From Candidatus Xenobia bacterium (GTDB taxonomy: Bacteria > Acidobacteriota > Terriglobia > Acidiferrales > 2-02-FULL-67-57), in the NCBI GenBank assembly GCA_035573715.1, contig DATLZZ010000010.1:246746-310745 (forward strand): a stretch of 64,000 nt of DNA, read 5' to 3'. A program made the position numbers and the translations under genes. This document shows positions 43,574 through 52,206 of the stretch, piece after piece. Every line of letters starts with the position of its first letter. The stretch's first letter is position 1. A model generated the notes under the pieces. It saw nothing but the letters and a program-made list of their open reading frames with translations. It ran no database searches and had not been told where the DNA came from.

Positions 43574-44266
43574 CTAGCGGGGTTTGGAGCCGTTGCCGGC
43601 GGCCTTGGGCATGTCGGGAATCGAGAGGGCCACGCCGCGGTCAATCCGCATCACGATGCCGGTGCCGGCCGGCAGTGTAACTTCCTTGCCCTTCCAGAAA
43701 ATGAACGCAGCGGCTGCGCCGGCCGCCACGCCAATGGCTGCGCCGGTACCGCCCCCCACAGCCGCGCCGATCCCCGCGCCACCCGCGGCGGTGCCGAGGC
43801 GCTTAATCTTGCTGGCTCCGCCTCCCTTGATCTCCCCTTCCTCGCCCAGCTTCAGATCCTTGGTCTGTTTCTTGTCTTCTTCGAGTTCGGGGTCATAGAG
43901 ATCAACCAGACTGCCGCTGATGGGCACGCTGCCAGCCCCGGGCACCTCAATGGACTCGAAGGTCAAAACCATCTTGCCGCCCTTGCCGAAGCGACCCGGC
44001 TTCTGGATATCGCCGATGCGGCCGTGGACGCGAGTGCCGACGGGAATCACTTCCACGTTGTCCACGGCCACCGGCTCTTCCACGGTGCAGATGATGCGAT
44101 CGCCTTTCTGGTTGAACTTGGTGTCCACGCTGGTGCGCAGCCGCATGGCCACCTCAGTTCCTTCTTCGAGGAAGAAGTCCCGCGCAAGCAATAGCGTCGC
44201 CCCGGCGAGCGCCATCACGCACACTAGAATTGCGATGCCCTTTCGGCTGACTCTGGAAGTTTGCAT
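43574..44266 (-). CDS. Membrane-anchored hypothetical protein with C-terminal glycine-zipper segment
   Basis: N-terminal anchor IAILVCVMALAGATLLLA. A beta-rich middle part. Then GTAAGGAGIGAAVGGGTGAAIGVAAGAAAAFIFW. I cannot name a family with confidence. Confidence 0.6.
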   Translation of the reverse strand: MQTSRVSRKGIAILVCVMALAGATLLLARDFFLEEGTEVAMRLRTSVDTKFNQKGDRIICTVEEPVAVDNVEVIPVGTRVHGRIGDIQKPGRFGKGGKMVLTFESIEVPGAGSVPISGSLVDLYDPELEEDKKQTKDLKLGEEGEIKGGGASKIKRLGTAAGGAGIGAAVGGGTGAAIGVAAGAAAAFIFWKGKEVTLPAGTGIVMRIDRGVALSIPDMPKAAGNGSKPR

Positions 44267-44425
44267 CCTTGAGCCCTGAGCCCTCCCGGCTACGGCCGGT
44301 AACCACCCTCTGCCGCTCTGTATTGTATATGAAGATGGTGTTCCGCGGTCAAAGGTTTTCTCGACGACCCGGGGAGTCGGGTTGCGCCGCTGCGGCTTCT
44401 CCGACTAGAATCTCTGAGTTTTTAC

Positions 44426-45241
44426 GTGAGCACGACGGAGTCTATGAGCGCGCCCGCAACCGAGTCCGGCATGGCCCCCCGTGGTATCACGGTGGAGCTG
44501 GAACATGCCACTGTGGCGGCCTTCGAGCAGGCCCTGGCCGTGGTCCGCCAGCACCCGACCTGCCAGGAGTTCGGAGAAGGGAAGACGCTGCGCGTGCGGG
44601 CTACCTACCAGTTCGACGAGCTGGATGCCTTGAACGAGGTCAAAGAAGCCGCCTGGGAGCTACGCCACAAGCGTTGCTGGATTGACGGCAAGGAAGTTCC
44701 CTGGCACGAGATGGCCGAAATTACTTACTGCTTCCGCGAGTACTTGCGCAAGCCGAAGCGTGACCACTGTTTCTTCGACGGGAATTTCTGGAGCAATTGG
44801 GGCTGCAAATACGCGGTCTGCAATCTGGCCGACCGCATCAACACCGAGTGGCTGACCTTCGGGCAACTGGACGGAGACGGCGCCTGGGTGTTCGATAAGG
44901 CTCGAATTGCCGAGCGCGTACGCCAGCGCCTCCACACCAGCTTCCATCTCTGCCCGGCCTTTGATGAGGAATTCCTGAACCATGTGTTGGAGGTTTTTCC
45001 CGAGCGGGTCGACCCGGTTGCCGACGACCGCTGGCGGTATGTGCGCAATCGGCAGGGACAGATCATCTACGTCGGCCCGAAGGACGTGGACTCGGCGAAA
45101 AAGATTGTCCAGGAGCTTCAAGAAAAAGTCCGCCAGCGCCGTTCCGGGGAGAATGTGGCCGAGAACGGGAAGCGACCGGTTCCTGAGAGTTACCTCCGCC
45201 GTTATGGCCAGGACGTCAAGCAGAGAGCGGCGAAGAAGTAG
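44426..45241 (+). CDS. Hypothetical protein (Cys/Trp-rich, no recognised family)
   Basis: 271-aa ORF (GTG start) with balanced, protein-like composition, e.g. CWIDGKEVPWHEMAEITYCFREYLRKPKRDHCFFDGNFWSNWGCKYAVCNLADR. Basic C-terminal tail. Confidence 0.6.
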   Translation: MSTTESMSAPATESGMAPRGITVELEHATVAAFEQALAVVRQHPTCQEFGEGKTLRVRATYQFDELDALNEVKEAAWELRHKRCWIDGKEVPWHEMAEITYCFREYLRKPKRDHCFFDGNFWSNWGCKYAVCNLADRINTEWLTFGQLDGDGAWVFDKARIAERVRQRLHTSFHLCPAFDEEFLNHVLEVFPERVDPVADDRWRYVRNRQGQIIYVGPKDVDSAKKIVQELQEKVRQRRSGENVAENGKRPVPESYLRRYGQDVKQRAAKK

Positions 45242-45252
45242 GATCGGACCGC

Positions 45253-46089
45253 CTAGACGACGATATCGGGAACCTCCACCTCACCCTTCCGTAAGGCAAT
45301 CAGAAAGGCGTCCACCACTCGTGGATCGAAGTCGGTGCCCGATCCCTTGACGATGATGTCGCGCGCCTCCTGGGGGGAGATGGCTTTGCGGTAGGGGCGG
45401 TCTCTGGTCAGGGAGTCGTACACGTCGGCGACTGAAATGATGCGCGCTTCCAGCGGGATCGCTTCACCTTGATTCGGGTTGTAGCCGCTGCCGTCGAATT
45501 TGTCGTGGTGGGAGAGAACGATGGGCAGCACTCTTCGCGGCGAGCCGCCTACCGGCTTCAGCATTTCCGCTCCCAGTTCCACGTGCCTCTGCATCTCTTT
45601 GTATTCAGCTTCGCTGAGCCGGGCCGCCTTATAGAGAATGTCGCGGCTGATATCGAGCTTGCCGATGTCATGCAGCAACGCGGCGGCGTGGACATCTTCT
45701 ATGCGCTCGGGGTCAAGGCCCATGTAGGTGGCAATCTTGGCGGCGTAGACCGCGACGCGGTAGGAGTGATTCTGAGTATACTTGTCCTTGGAGATGAACT
45801 GGCGCAGGATGATCAGGATCCCGTGGTAGGTTTCTCGCAACTCCTGGATATGAGCTTCCTTGGCCTCGTAGAGACTCCCCATGGCGTAACCGGTGACCAG
45901 CAAGCTGCCGGCCCAGACCGCTAGGTCGTACCAATACTGCTGCGAAACTCCTCCGCCGCTGGCGGCGAGTTCAGGATTGAATCGAACCACCAGGGCAACC
46001 AGCAAGGCGCTGGCCAGCGCCGTGAGCGTGGCCTGGCGGCGGCCGTAGTAGTACGCGGAGTACAACGTGGGCAGGAAGTACAGCGACAA
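45253..46089 (-). CDS. HD-GYP domain protein (c-di-GMP phosphodiesterase-like); N-terminus apparently disrupted
   Basis: HSYRVAVYAAKIA...AALLHDIGKL...HHDKFDGSGYN...ADVYDSLTRDRPYRKA. The track start is a TTG immediately after an in-frame stop. Membrane helices precede the HD domain. Confidence 0.85.
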   Translation of the reverse strand: MSLYFLPTLYSAYYYGRRQATLTALASALLVALVVRFNPELAASGGGVSQQYWYDLAVWAGSLLVTGYAMGSLYEAKEAHIQELRETYHGILIILRQFISKDKYTQNHSYRVAVYAAKIATYMGLDPERIEDVHAAALLHDIGKLDISRDILYKAARLSEAEYKEMQRHVELGAEMLKPVGGSPRRVLPIVLSHHDKFDGSGYNPNQGEAIPLEARIISVADVYDSLTRDRPYRKAISPQEARDIIVKGSGTDFDPRVVDAFLIALRKGEVEVPDIVV

Positions 46090-46099
46090 CAGAACGCGG

Positions 46100-46258
46100 T
46101 TAGGAGGCCACTAGGAAGTTCAATAGCCCGGCGATGACAAACAGGGACAGAAGCAGCCACAGCTCCTTGTTGACCTTCTCGAGGACGTTGCGTTTGGACC
46201 GTTGGCGGGCCGACGCACGCTGCTCACTCCGACGCTCCTGTTGCCAGGGTAGTTTCAT
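46100..46258 (-). CDS. 52-codon ORF encoding a basic leader plus one TM helix; probably the detached N-terminus of the HD-GYP gene
   Basis: MKLPWQQERRSEQRASARQRSKRNVLEKVNKELWLLLSLFVIAGLLNFLVAS*. It ends at TAA (complement 46100-46102), 1 nt out of frame with the downstream reading NRVLLSLYFLPTLY. Confidence 0.45.
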   Translation of the reverse strand: MKLPWQQERRSEQRASARQRSKRNVLEKVNKELWLLLSLFVIAGLLNFLVAS

Positions 46259-46365
46259 GGTCGACCCCAAAGCGTGAGCGAAAGCCTACACACCTGCTGG
46301 CGGGATTGCAACCCCATCGGGCGCTTGTGGGAGCCGCGGCAGGCTGGTAGGCTGGACGAGGGAAC

Positions 46366-46602
46366 TTGAGAATGCGGTTGCGGGTCGAGTGCCACTCGGG
46401 CTACAAGGCCGAGCAGCGGCCGCAGCGGTTCTTCCTGCGCGAGCGTCGCTTTGAAGTTTTGGAAGTGCTCGACCACTGGTACGGCCCCGAGGATTTCTTT
46501 GTGCGCCTGCGGGCCGACGACGGCAACGTCTATATCCTCCGGCACCGCGAGAATCCCAATCAGGACTTCTGGACGCTGGAGTCGTTCCGCCGCGCCCGCT
46601 AG
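46366..46602 (+). CDS. Small conserved-looking hypothetical protein (78 aa)
   Basis: MRMRLRVECHSGYKAEQRPQRFFLRERRFEVLEVLDHWYGPEDFFVRLRADDGNVYILRHRENPNQDFWTLESF. Globular composition. I recall similar small proteins but no name. Confidence 0.55.
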   Translation: MRMRLRVECHSGYKAEQRPQRFFLRERRFEVLEVLDHWYGPEDFFVRLRADDGNVYILRHRENPNQDFWTLESFRRAR

Positions 46603-47129
46603 CTCTTCACTGCTTCCAACCAGAACTCCATTACTTTCCCGCGAATGACGAAGCAGAGGTATTGCTCCCAGAACTTGCGGAAGGGACGGGAGTGGTTGAC
46701 CAGCAACTCGAAGCCCAGCCATCGCCACAAGCGCAGCAACTGGATGCGCAGGCTCAGCTCGCGGAAGCGGGCGGGGGAGTAAAAGCCGTAGTCTTCGCGC
46801 CCCGTGAAATAGGTGAAGGACTGGCTGGTGAGGTGCCAGCGGTGCGTGGGGTCGGTGTAGGAGCTGATGTCGCTGCAATGCGGCGTAACCAGGTAGAGCC
46901 GGCCGCCGGGGCGCAGCAGCCGGTGGACTTCCTCCAGGAAGCGGATTACGTTCTCAGTGTGCTCGACGACGTGCACGGCGCGAATCTCGTCGAAAGAGTT
47001 ATCGGCGAAAGGATAGGGTGGGCGGTCGAGATCGCAGAGCACCTCGGCGGCGCTGCGGGGGTTCTTGTCGACTCCGACGGCGCCGGGGAACTTGTTGCGT
47101 CCGCAGCCGAGATCAAGCACGCGCGGCAT
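46599..47129 (-). CDS. Class I SAM-dependent methyltransferase
   Basis: VLDLGCGRNKFPG (motif I), FDEIRAVHVVEH, LLRPGGRLYLVTP. Confidence 0.8.
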   Translation of the reverse strand: MPRVLDLGCGRNKFPGAVGVDKNPRSAAEVLCDLDRPPYPFADNSFDEIRAVHVVEHTENVIRFLEEVHRLLRPGGRLYLVTPHCSDISSYTDPTHRWHLTSQSFTYFTGREDYGFYSPARFRELSLRIQLLRLWRWLGFELLVNHSRPFRKFWEQYLCFVIRGKVMEFWLEAVKS

Positions 47130-48606
47130 TGTCTGCCTCGTTGGAGCTGTTGTGCTCCAGCCAGAGCGCGATGCCCATCAGCAGCCAGAACAGCATCACA
47201 ACTTCAGAATCGCCGAAGTTGTAGTGCAGCAGGCCGCTGGCCAGGAAGCCGAGTGTTGCGCCGAGCGTGCCGAGAGTCAATCCTCGAATCCACCAATCGC
47301 CCGGCAGCGGTCGCAGCAGGCGTCGAAGCAACAGGAGCACATAGGTGGCCATGAGCCAGAGCCACGCGCCGAGAGCTGGCAGGCCGCGCTCGACCGCGAG
47401 TTGAATGGGTGTGGAGTGAAAGTGGCTGTGCAGGCCCATGCTGTCGTAGGCGCGGATGCCAAGCTGGCGGTAGCGCACCTTCACCGAATCCATGCCGATG
47501 CCGAGCAGCGGGTGCTCGCCCACCAGCCGCGCGCCGTCCTGCCACATCAGCCGGCGGTACTGCATGCTGAGGTCGTTGGGATTGTAGAACCCCACGCCGC
47601 GCTTGGCGATAAGAAGCTGGTTCATGCCAAGTATCACAACTACTGCCAGCGCGCCGGTCGCGATGCGCGCCCACCATTTGACGCTCAGCCACAGCATAAC
47701 GAGCGAGGCGAGCAATAAAGCCGCCCAAGAGGCGCGAGTAAACGTGGCGGTAAGCGCTGCCGCCAGGAGCAGGCCGAGCAAGACCAGCACCGCGCCTTGG
47801 GTTCTCCACCGTCGCGGGCAGGCCAGCCACAACCCGCCGACCAGCGCCGCCAGTTGCATCAGCACTTCGGCGTACGTAGTGAAGTGGCTGTAGGTGCCGC
47901 GGGCGCGAATGCTGCGGGAGCGGCGGAGCTCGGCGCCATCCAGCGCCCGCATCAGGGAATCGGCCGGCAGCTCGAATTCGTAGAGGTCGGCGCCGCCGCG
48001 ATAGGCGCGGCACTTGAGCGGCAGCGGCGAGATGTGGACGGCAAGCGCGGCCGCGAGCTCCTTGGGCGAGTCGGTCAGGTGCGGGCCACAGGCGATAATC
48101 GTGTCATGCTCGACGACGTTGGCTTGCGCCAGCACGCTCCCCGGGGCGAGCTTCACAACTTCGACGCCGCGCCCGACAATCTTCTGCCACACCGTTTGCC
48201 CCGCCGTCGCCGCGGCCGACAGGAGCAGCACCACGACAAGAATCTTGATCTGTCGAAGCGTTCTCAGCGTTCCGGCGACAACGGGGACGATGGCAATCAG
48301 AGCCACGCCGCGCAGTTTGTCGAGGCTGGTGGCCGGCTCAAGAGAAAAAATTGAAGAAATCAACGTGAGCAGCAGAAAACCTGCCATCGGCCAGCTCAGC
48401 GGCGTCAGCAGCCCGTGCGGGTGGCGCCGCTGGCGGGCCAATTCAACGAGCCAAAAGAGCCCAGCCAGCCCGACGGCGATTTGCGACGCGGCAATCGAGT
48501 GCGGCAGAGCCGCGGCGAAGACCAGGAAGAAAGCAAAAGACAGGCGGTCGAAAACCGAACTCGCCGGGGCAGGCGCGGGTTCGGGTTTCGAGTCGGGTGC
48601 GGCCAC
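47113..48606 (-). CDS. O-antigen ligase/polymerase (Wzy_C)-family membrane protein
   Basis: About 12 TM helices. A large loop precedes the characteristic region HSHFHSTPIQLAVERGLPALGAWLWLM. GTG start. 17-nt overlap with the downstream methyltransferase gene. Confidence 0.75.
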   Translation of the reverse strand: MAAPDSKPEPAPAPASSVFDRLSFAFFLVFAAALPHSIAASQIAVGLAGLFWLVELARQRRHPHGLLTPLSWPMAGFLLLTLISSIFSLEPATSLDKLRGVALIAIVPVVAGTLRTLRQIKILVVVLLLSAAATAGQTVWQKIVGRGVEVVKLAPGSVLAQANVVEHDTIIACGPHLTDSPKELAAALAVHISPLPLKCRAYRGGADLYEFELPADSLMRALDGAELRRSRSIRARGTYSHFTTYAEVLMQLAALVGGLWLACPRRWRTQGAVLVLLGLLLAAALTATFTRASWAALLLASLVMLWLSVKWWARIATGALAVVVILGMNQLLIAKRGVGFYNPNDLSMQYRRLMWQDGARLVGEHPLLGIGMDSVKVRYRQLGIRAYDSMGLHSHFHSTPIQLAVERGLPALGAWLWLMATYVLLLLRRLLRPLPGDWWIRGLTLGTLGATLGFLASGLLHYNFGDSEVVMLFWLLMGIALWLEHNSSNEADNAARA

Positions 48607-48673
48607 GCGCTCGGGAGTCTATTCACCGCCCACGCAGCGTGTCAATCAGGGTCGTTGGTACCAGCGGCGGGCG

Positions 48674-48703
48674 TTGACAAAAATCCGCTCCCGCTTGTAA
48701 ACT
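48674..48703 (+). promoter_or_regulatory. Candidate sigma70-type promoter of rplM-rpsI
   Basis: TTGACA (48674-48679), an 18-nt spacer, then TAAACT (48698-48703) preceded by TG. Confidence 0.45.
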
Positions 48704-48708
48704 TAGTT

Positions 48709-48729
48709 GTTTGCGGCTGGCCCGCAAAC
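48709..48729 (+). promoter_or_regulatory. 5'-leader hairpin upstream of rplM
   Basis: GTTTGCGG-CTGGC-CCGCAAAC (8-bp stem) followed by CTTTTCT. It lies between the candidate -10 and ATG 48743. No clear Shine-Dalgarno. Confidence 0.4.
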
Positions 48730-48742
48730 CTTTTCTGTATAT

Positions 48743-49180
48743 ATGCGAACGTACTACCCAAACGGCAAAGAGTCTGCCCAGATGCGGCAAGGGAAGTGGT
48801 ATCTGGTGGACGCCCGCGGCCAAGTGCTGGGGCGGCTGGCGACCCGTGTCGCCTGGCTGCTGATGGGCAAGCACAAGGTGCGCTACACGCCGGCGGTGGA
48901 GTCGGGCGACCACGTCGTGGTCATCAACGCCCGCGACATCCGCCTGACCGGCAAGAAGCTCGACCAGAAAGTCTATCGCTGGCACTCCGGCTACCCCGGC
49001 GGGTTCAAGGAAGAGAGGGCCAGCCACCGCTTGCGGACTAAGCCGGAGCTGATGGTCCGGGAGGCCGTCCTGGGAATGCTGCCCAAGAACAAGCTGCGCG
49101 CCCGCCGGGCGAAGAAGCTGCGGGTTTACGCCGACGACAAGCACCCGCACGCCGCCCAACAACTCGAAGCCTTTACCTGA
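48743..49180 (+). CDS. rplM: 50S ribosomal protein L13
   Basis: MRTYYPNGKESAQMRQGKWYLVDARGQVLGRLAT.VA..L.GKHK..YTP....GD.VVVINA; start at ATG 48743. Confidence 0.95.
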   Translation: MRTYYPNGKESAQMRQGKWYLVDARGQVLGRLATRVAWLLMGKHKVRYTPAVESGDHVVVINARDIRLTGKKLDQKVYRWHSGYPGGFKEERASHRLRTKPELMVREAVLGMLPKNKLRARRAKKLRVYADDKHPHAAQQLEAFT

Positions 49181-49194
49181 AACTAGGAGGGGAA

Positions 49195-49773
49195 GTGGGA
49201 GATTCGGAGAACAACGAACTGACGACCCCGCCCGCGGGCGAGACGTCCCGGCCGGCTGAGCCGGCTGCCGAAGCGGCGGCACCTACGGCAGAAGCCGCAG
49301 CGGCGCCCGAGGCAGAGGTTGGCGCAGCGCCAGCTGGCGAGCCAGTGGCGGAGCCGCAGGTTGAAACGCCGGCGCCGAGCAATGGCGGCGGGCCTTTCTA
49401 CGGTACCGGCCGGCGGAAGACTTCGGTGGCGCGGGTTTTTCTGCGCTCGGGCAGCGGCCAACTGCGAGTGAACGGTCGCCCGCTGGATGAGTATTTCACG
49501 GTTCCGGCCTGGCGCAAGGAAGCGCGCAGCCCGCTGGCGTTTCTGGGCGTGGCCGAGCAGTACGACGCCGAGATTACGGTCAAGGGCGGCGGGCCCAACG
49601 GTCAGGCCGGGGCGGTGCGGCTGGGATTGGCCCGCGCCGTGGCGCAGGCCAATCCGGCGCTGCGTCCCAAGCTCCGCCAGACCGGGTATCTGACCCGCGA
49701 CCCGCGCATGAAGGAACGCAAGAAGTACGGCCAGAAGGGGGCGCGCAAGCGCTTCCAGTGGACGAAGCGCTGA
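49195..49773 (+). CDS. rpsI: 30S ribosomal protein S9 with about 65-aa Ala/Pro/Glu-rich N-terminal extension
   Basis: GTG start after AGGAGG. The core begins at [18 protein letters not shown]...VNGR and ends at [16 protein letters not shown]. Confidence 0.92.
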   Translation: MGDSENNELTTPPAGETSRPAEPAAEAAAPTAEAAAAPEAEVGAAPAGEPVAEPQVETPAPSNGGGPFYGTGRRKTSVARVFLRSGSGQLRVNGRPLDEYFTVPAWRKEARSPLAFLGVAEQYDAEITVKGGGPNGQAGAVRLGLARAVAQANPALRPKLRQTGYLTRDPRMKERKKYGQKGARKRFQWTKR

Positions 49774-49786
49774 GCGAAGGAGAACT

Positions 49787-50719
49787 GTGGCGACCTTAAC
49801 AATGAAGGAGCTGCTGGAAGCCGGAGTCCACTTCGGCCACCAGACACGGCGCTGGAACCCGAAGATGAAGGAGTACATCTTCGGCGAGCGCAACGGGATT
49901 TACATCATCGACCTCCAGAAGACGCTGAAGATGTTCAAGGACGCCGCGGCGTTTGTGACCAACCTGACGGCGCAGGGCAAGACAATCCTGTTTGTCGGCA
50001 CCAAGCGCCAGGCGCAGGAAGCGATTGCCGAGGAGGCGCGGCGCTGCGGAATGTACTACGTCAACCACCGTTGGCTGGGCGGGACGCTGACCAACTGGGC
50101 GACCATCCAGAAGTCCATCAAGCGCTTCAAAGAGCTGGAAGCGATGGAGCAGGACGGCCGCCTGGAGGCGATGCCCAAAAAGGAAGCCACCCGCGTGCGC
50201 CGCGAGCTGCGTCACCTGCGGGAGAATATGGAAGGCATCAAGGAGCTGCCAAACCTGCCCGACGCGCTTTTTGTGATTGACTCGAACAAGGAACAGATTG
50301 CGGTGCAGGAAGCGCGCAAGCTGGCTATCTCGGTGGTGGCGGTGGTGGACACGAACTGCGACCCGGACATGGTCGACTACGTCATCCCGGGCAACGACGA
50401 TGCGCTGCGCGCCATCCGCCTCTTTACCTCCAAGATTGCCGACGCTGCGGCCGAAGGCCGGGCGCTCTACGAGCAGGCGCAACTCGAGGCCGCCAAGGCT
50501 GCCGAGGCGGAAGCCGCGGCAGCGCTGGGCGAGTCCGCGCCCGAGTACGCCGGCACACCGGAAGAGCTCGAGCAGTTGGCCGAAGTGTATGACCAGGATG
50601 AGGCCCTGCCGCCGCATTTGCGCCCGCGCGCCGTGCCGGAAGGCGAAGAGTTGCCCGAAGCGCTGGCTGAAGAAGGCGCCGAGGGCCCGGCGGCAGGCTA
50701 CCCCGAGCAGCCGCAATGA
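49787..50719 (+). CDS. rpsB: 30S ribosomal protein S2 with acidic C-terminal extension
   Basis: [49 protein letters not shown] start after AAGGAG. Confidence 0.95.
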   Translation: MATLTMKELLEAGVHFGHQTRRWNPKMKEYIFGERNGIYIIDLQKTLKMFKDAAAFVTNLTAQGKTILFVGTKRQAQEAIAEEARRCGMYYVNHRWLGGTLTNWATIQKSIKRFKELEAMEQDGRLEAMPKKEATRVRRELRHLRENMEGIKELPNLPDALFVIDSNKEQIAVQEARKLAISVVAVVDTNCDPDMVDYVIPGNDDALRAIRLFTSKIADAAAEGRALYEQAQLEAAKAAEAEAAAALGESAPEYAGTPEELEQLAEVYDQDEALPPHLRPRAVPEGEELPEALAEEGAEGPAAGYPEQPQ

Positions 50720-50797
50720 GCGACCCAGACAGATCTTCCTGCCGGCCGGAGAGCCTGAAGGCCGGCATATTTTTTTTTGCCCTATTGAGGTGACTCA

Positions 50798-51466
50798 GTG
50801 AACCCCGTGAAACCCGAAGAGAATACGCCCGCGGCCGGCGTGAGCGCGCAGCAGGTGAAGCAGCTGCGCGAAGCCACCGGCGCCGGCTGGATGGATTGCA
50901 AGGCGGCGCTGGCGGAGTGCGGCGGCGACGTCGAGCAGGCTATCGCCTGGCTGCGCAAGAAAGGCATGGCGACGGCGCAGCGCAAGGCGGGGCGCACCAC
51001 CAGCGAAGGCTGCGTGGCCAGCTACGTCCACGCCGGCAGTAAGATCGGCGTCATGCTGGAGCTCAACTGCGAGACCGACTTTGTCGCCCGCACCGAAGAG
51101 TTCCGCCAACTGGCGCACGACCTGGCCATGCACGTGGCCGCCGCCGAGCCCCGCTTCATCCGCCGCGAGGACGTCGGCCGAGAGATGCTCGACAAAGAGC
51201 GCGAAATCTACCGCGCCCAGGTCATCGCCGCCGGCAAGCCGGAGAAGGTGGCCGATAAGATTGTCGAAGGCAAGCTGGAGAAGTTCTACGAAGAGAACTG
51301 CCTCTACGAGCAGCACTTCATCAAGGACGATAAGCTGACCGTGAAGGAACTCATCGACGCCGTCATCGCCAAAGTGGGCGAGAACGTGACGGTGCGGCGC
51401 TACGTGCGCTTCAAGCTGGGCGAGCCGGTGCTGGTGGCGGAAGCGTCCACGCAAGCGCAGGGATAG
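50798..51466 (+). CDS. tsf: Translation elongation factor Ts (short form)
   Basis: [37 protein letters not shown]...[18 protein letters not shown] start after GAGGTG. An alternative GTG lies at 50840. Confidence 0.92.
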   Translation: MNPVKPEENTPAAGVSAQQVKQLREATGAGWMDCKAALAECGGDVEQAIAWLRKKGMATAQRKAGRTTSEGCVASYVHAGSKIGVMLELNCETDFVARTEEFRQLAHDLAMHVAAAEPRFIRREDVGREMLDKEREIYRAQVIAAGKPEKVADKIVEGKLEKFYEENCLYEQHFIKDDKLTVKELIDAVIAKVGENVTVRRYVRFKLGEPVLVAEASTQAQG

Positions 51467-51470
51467 GACC

Positions 51471-52190
51471 GTGGCCGAGACTGCTGTCTTCAAGCGCATC
51501 CTGCTGAAGCTGAGCGGGGAAGCGTTTGCCGGGCCGCAGGGCTTCGGGATTGACGACGATGCCATTGCCACTATCGCGCGCGAAGTGAAAGACGTGCACG
51601 CGCTGGGCGTGCAGGTAGGCATCATCGTCGGCGGCGGGAACATCTTCCGCGGTCGCACGTCGGTGGCCCGCGGGCTCGACCGGGTGACCGCCGACCAGAT
51701 GGGCATGCTGGCCACGGTCATCAACGGCCTGGCGTTGCAAAGCGCCTTGGAAAAAACCGGCACGGTGACGCGGCTGATGACGGCTGTCGGCATCCACGCC
51801 ATGGCCGAGCCTTTTATCCGCCGCCGCGCCCTGCGCCACCTGGAGAAGGGGCGCGTGGTGGTCTTCGCCGGCGGCACCGGCAACCCCTACTTTTCCACCG
51901 ACACCGCAGCGGCACTCCGCGCCATGGAAATCGGCGCCGACGTGATCCTCAAGGCCACCAAGGTGGACGGCGTGTACGACGCCGACCCCAACAAGGTCTC
52001 GACCGCCAAGATGATCGACCGGATTTCCTACCTGGACGTGATTTCCAAGTCGCTCTCGGTGATGGACTCGACCGCCATCTCGCTCTGCCGCGACCACAGC
52101 CTGCCCATCGTGGTCTTCAACCTCACCCGGCCGGGCAACATCAAGCGCGTGGTGCTGGGCGAGAAGGTGGGCTCGCTGGTCACCGCCTAG
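51471..52190 (+). CDS. pyrH: UMP kinase
   Basis: [13 protein letters not shown]...[10 protein letters not shown]...[10 protein letters not shown]...[20 protein letters not shown]. Confidence 0.95.
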   Translation: MAETAVFKRILLKLSGEAFAGPQGFGIDDDAIATIAREVKDVHALGVQVGIIVGGGNIFRGRTSVARGLDRVTADQMGMLATVINGLALQSALEKTGTVTRLMTAVGIHAMAEPFIRRRALRHLEKGRVVVFAGGTGNPYFSTDTAAALRAMEIGADVILKATKVDGVYDADPNKVSTAKMIDRISYLDVISKSLSVMDSTAISLCRDHSLPIVVFNLTRPGNIKRVVLGEKVGSLVTA

Positions 52191-52206
52191 CGCCGTCGGA
52201 GTTGCC

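Noticed and set aside
46089-46102. Programmed +1 ribosomal frameshift (prfB-like) at TCC-TAA-C in the HD-GYP gene
   Set aside because: There is no slippery codon allowing tRNA re-pairing (UCC to CCU). No upstream Shine-Dalgarno-like stimulator is visible. An indel, pseudogene or two-gene arrangement is more parsimonious.
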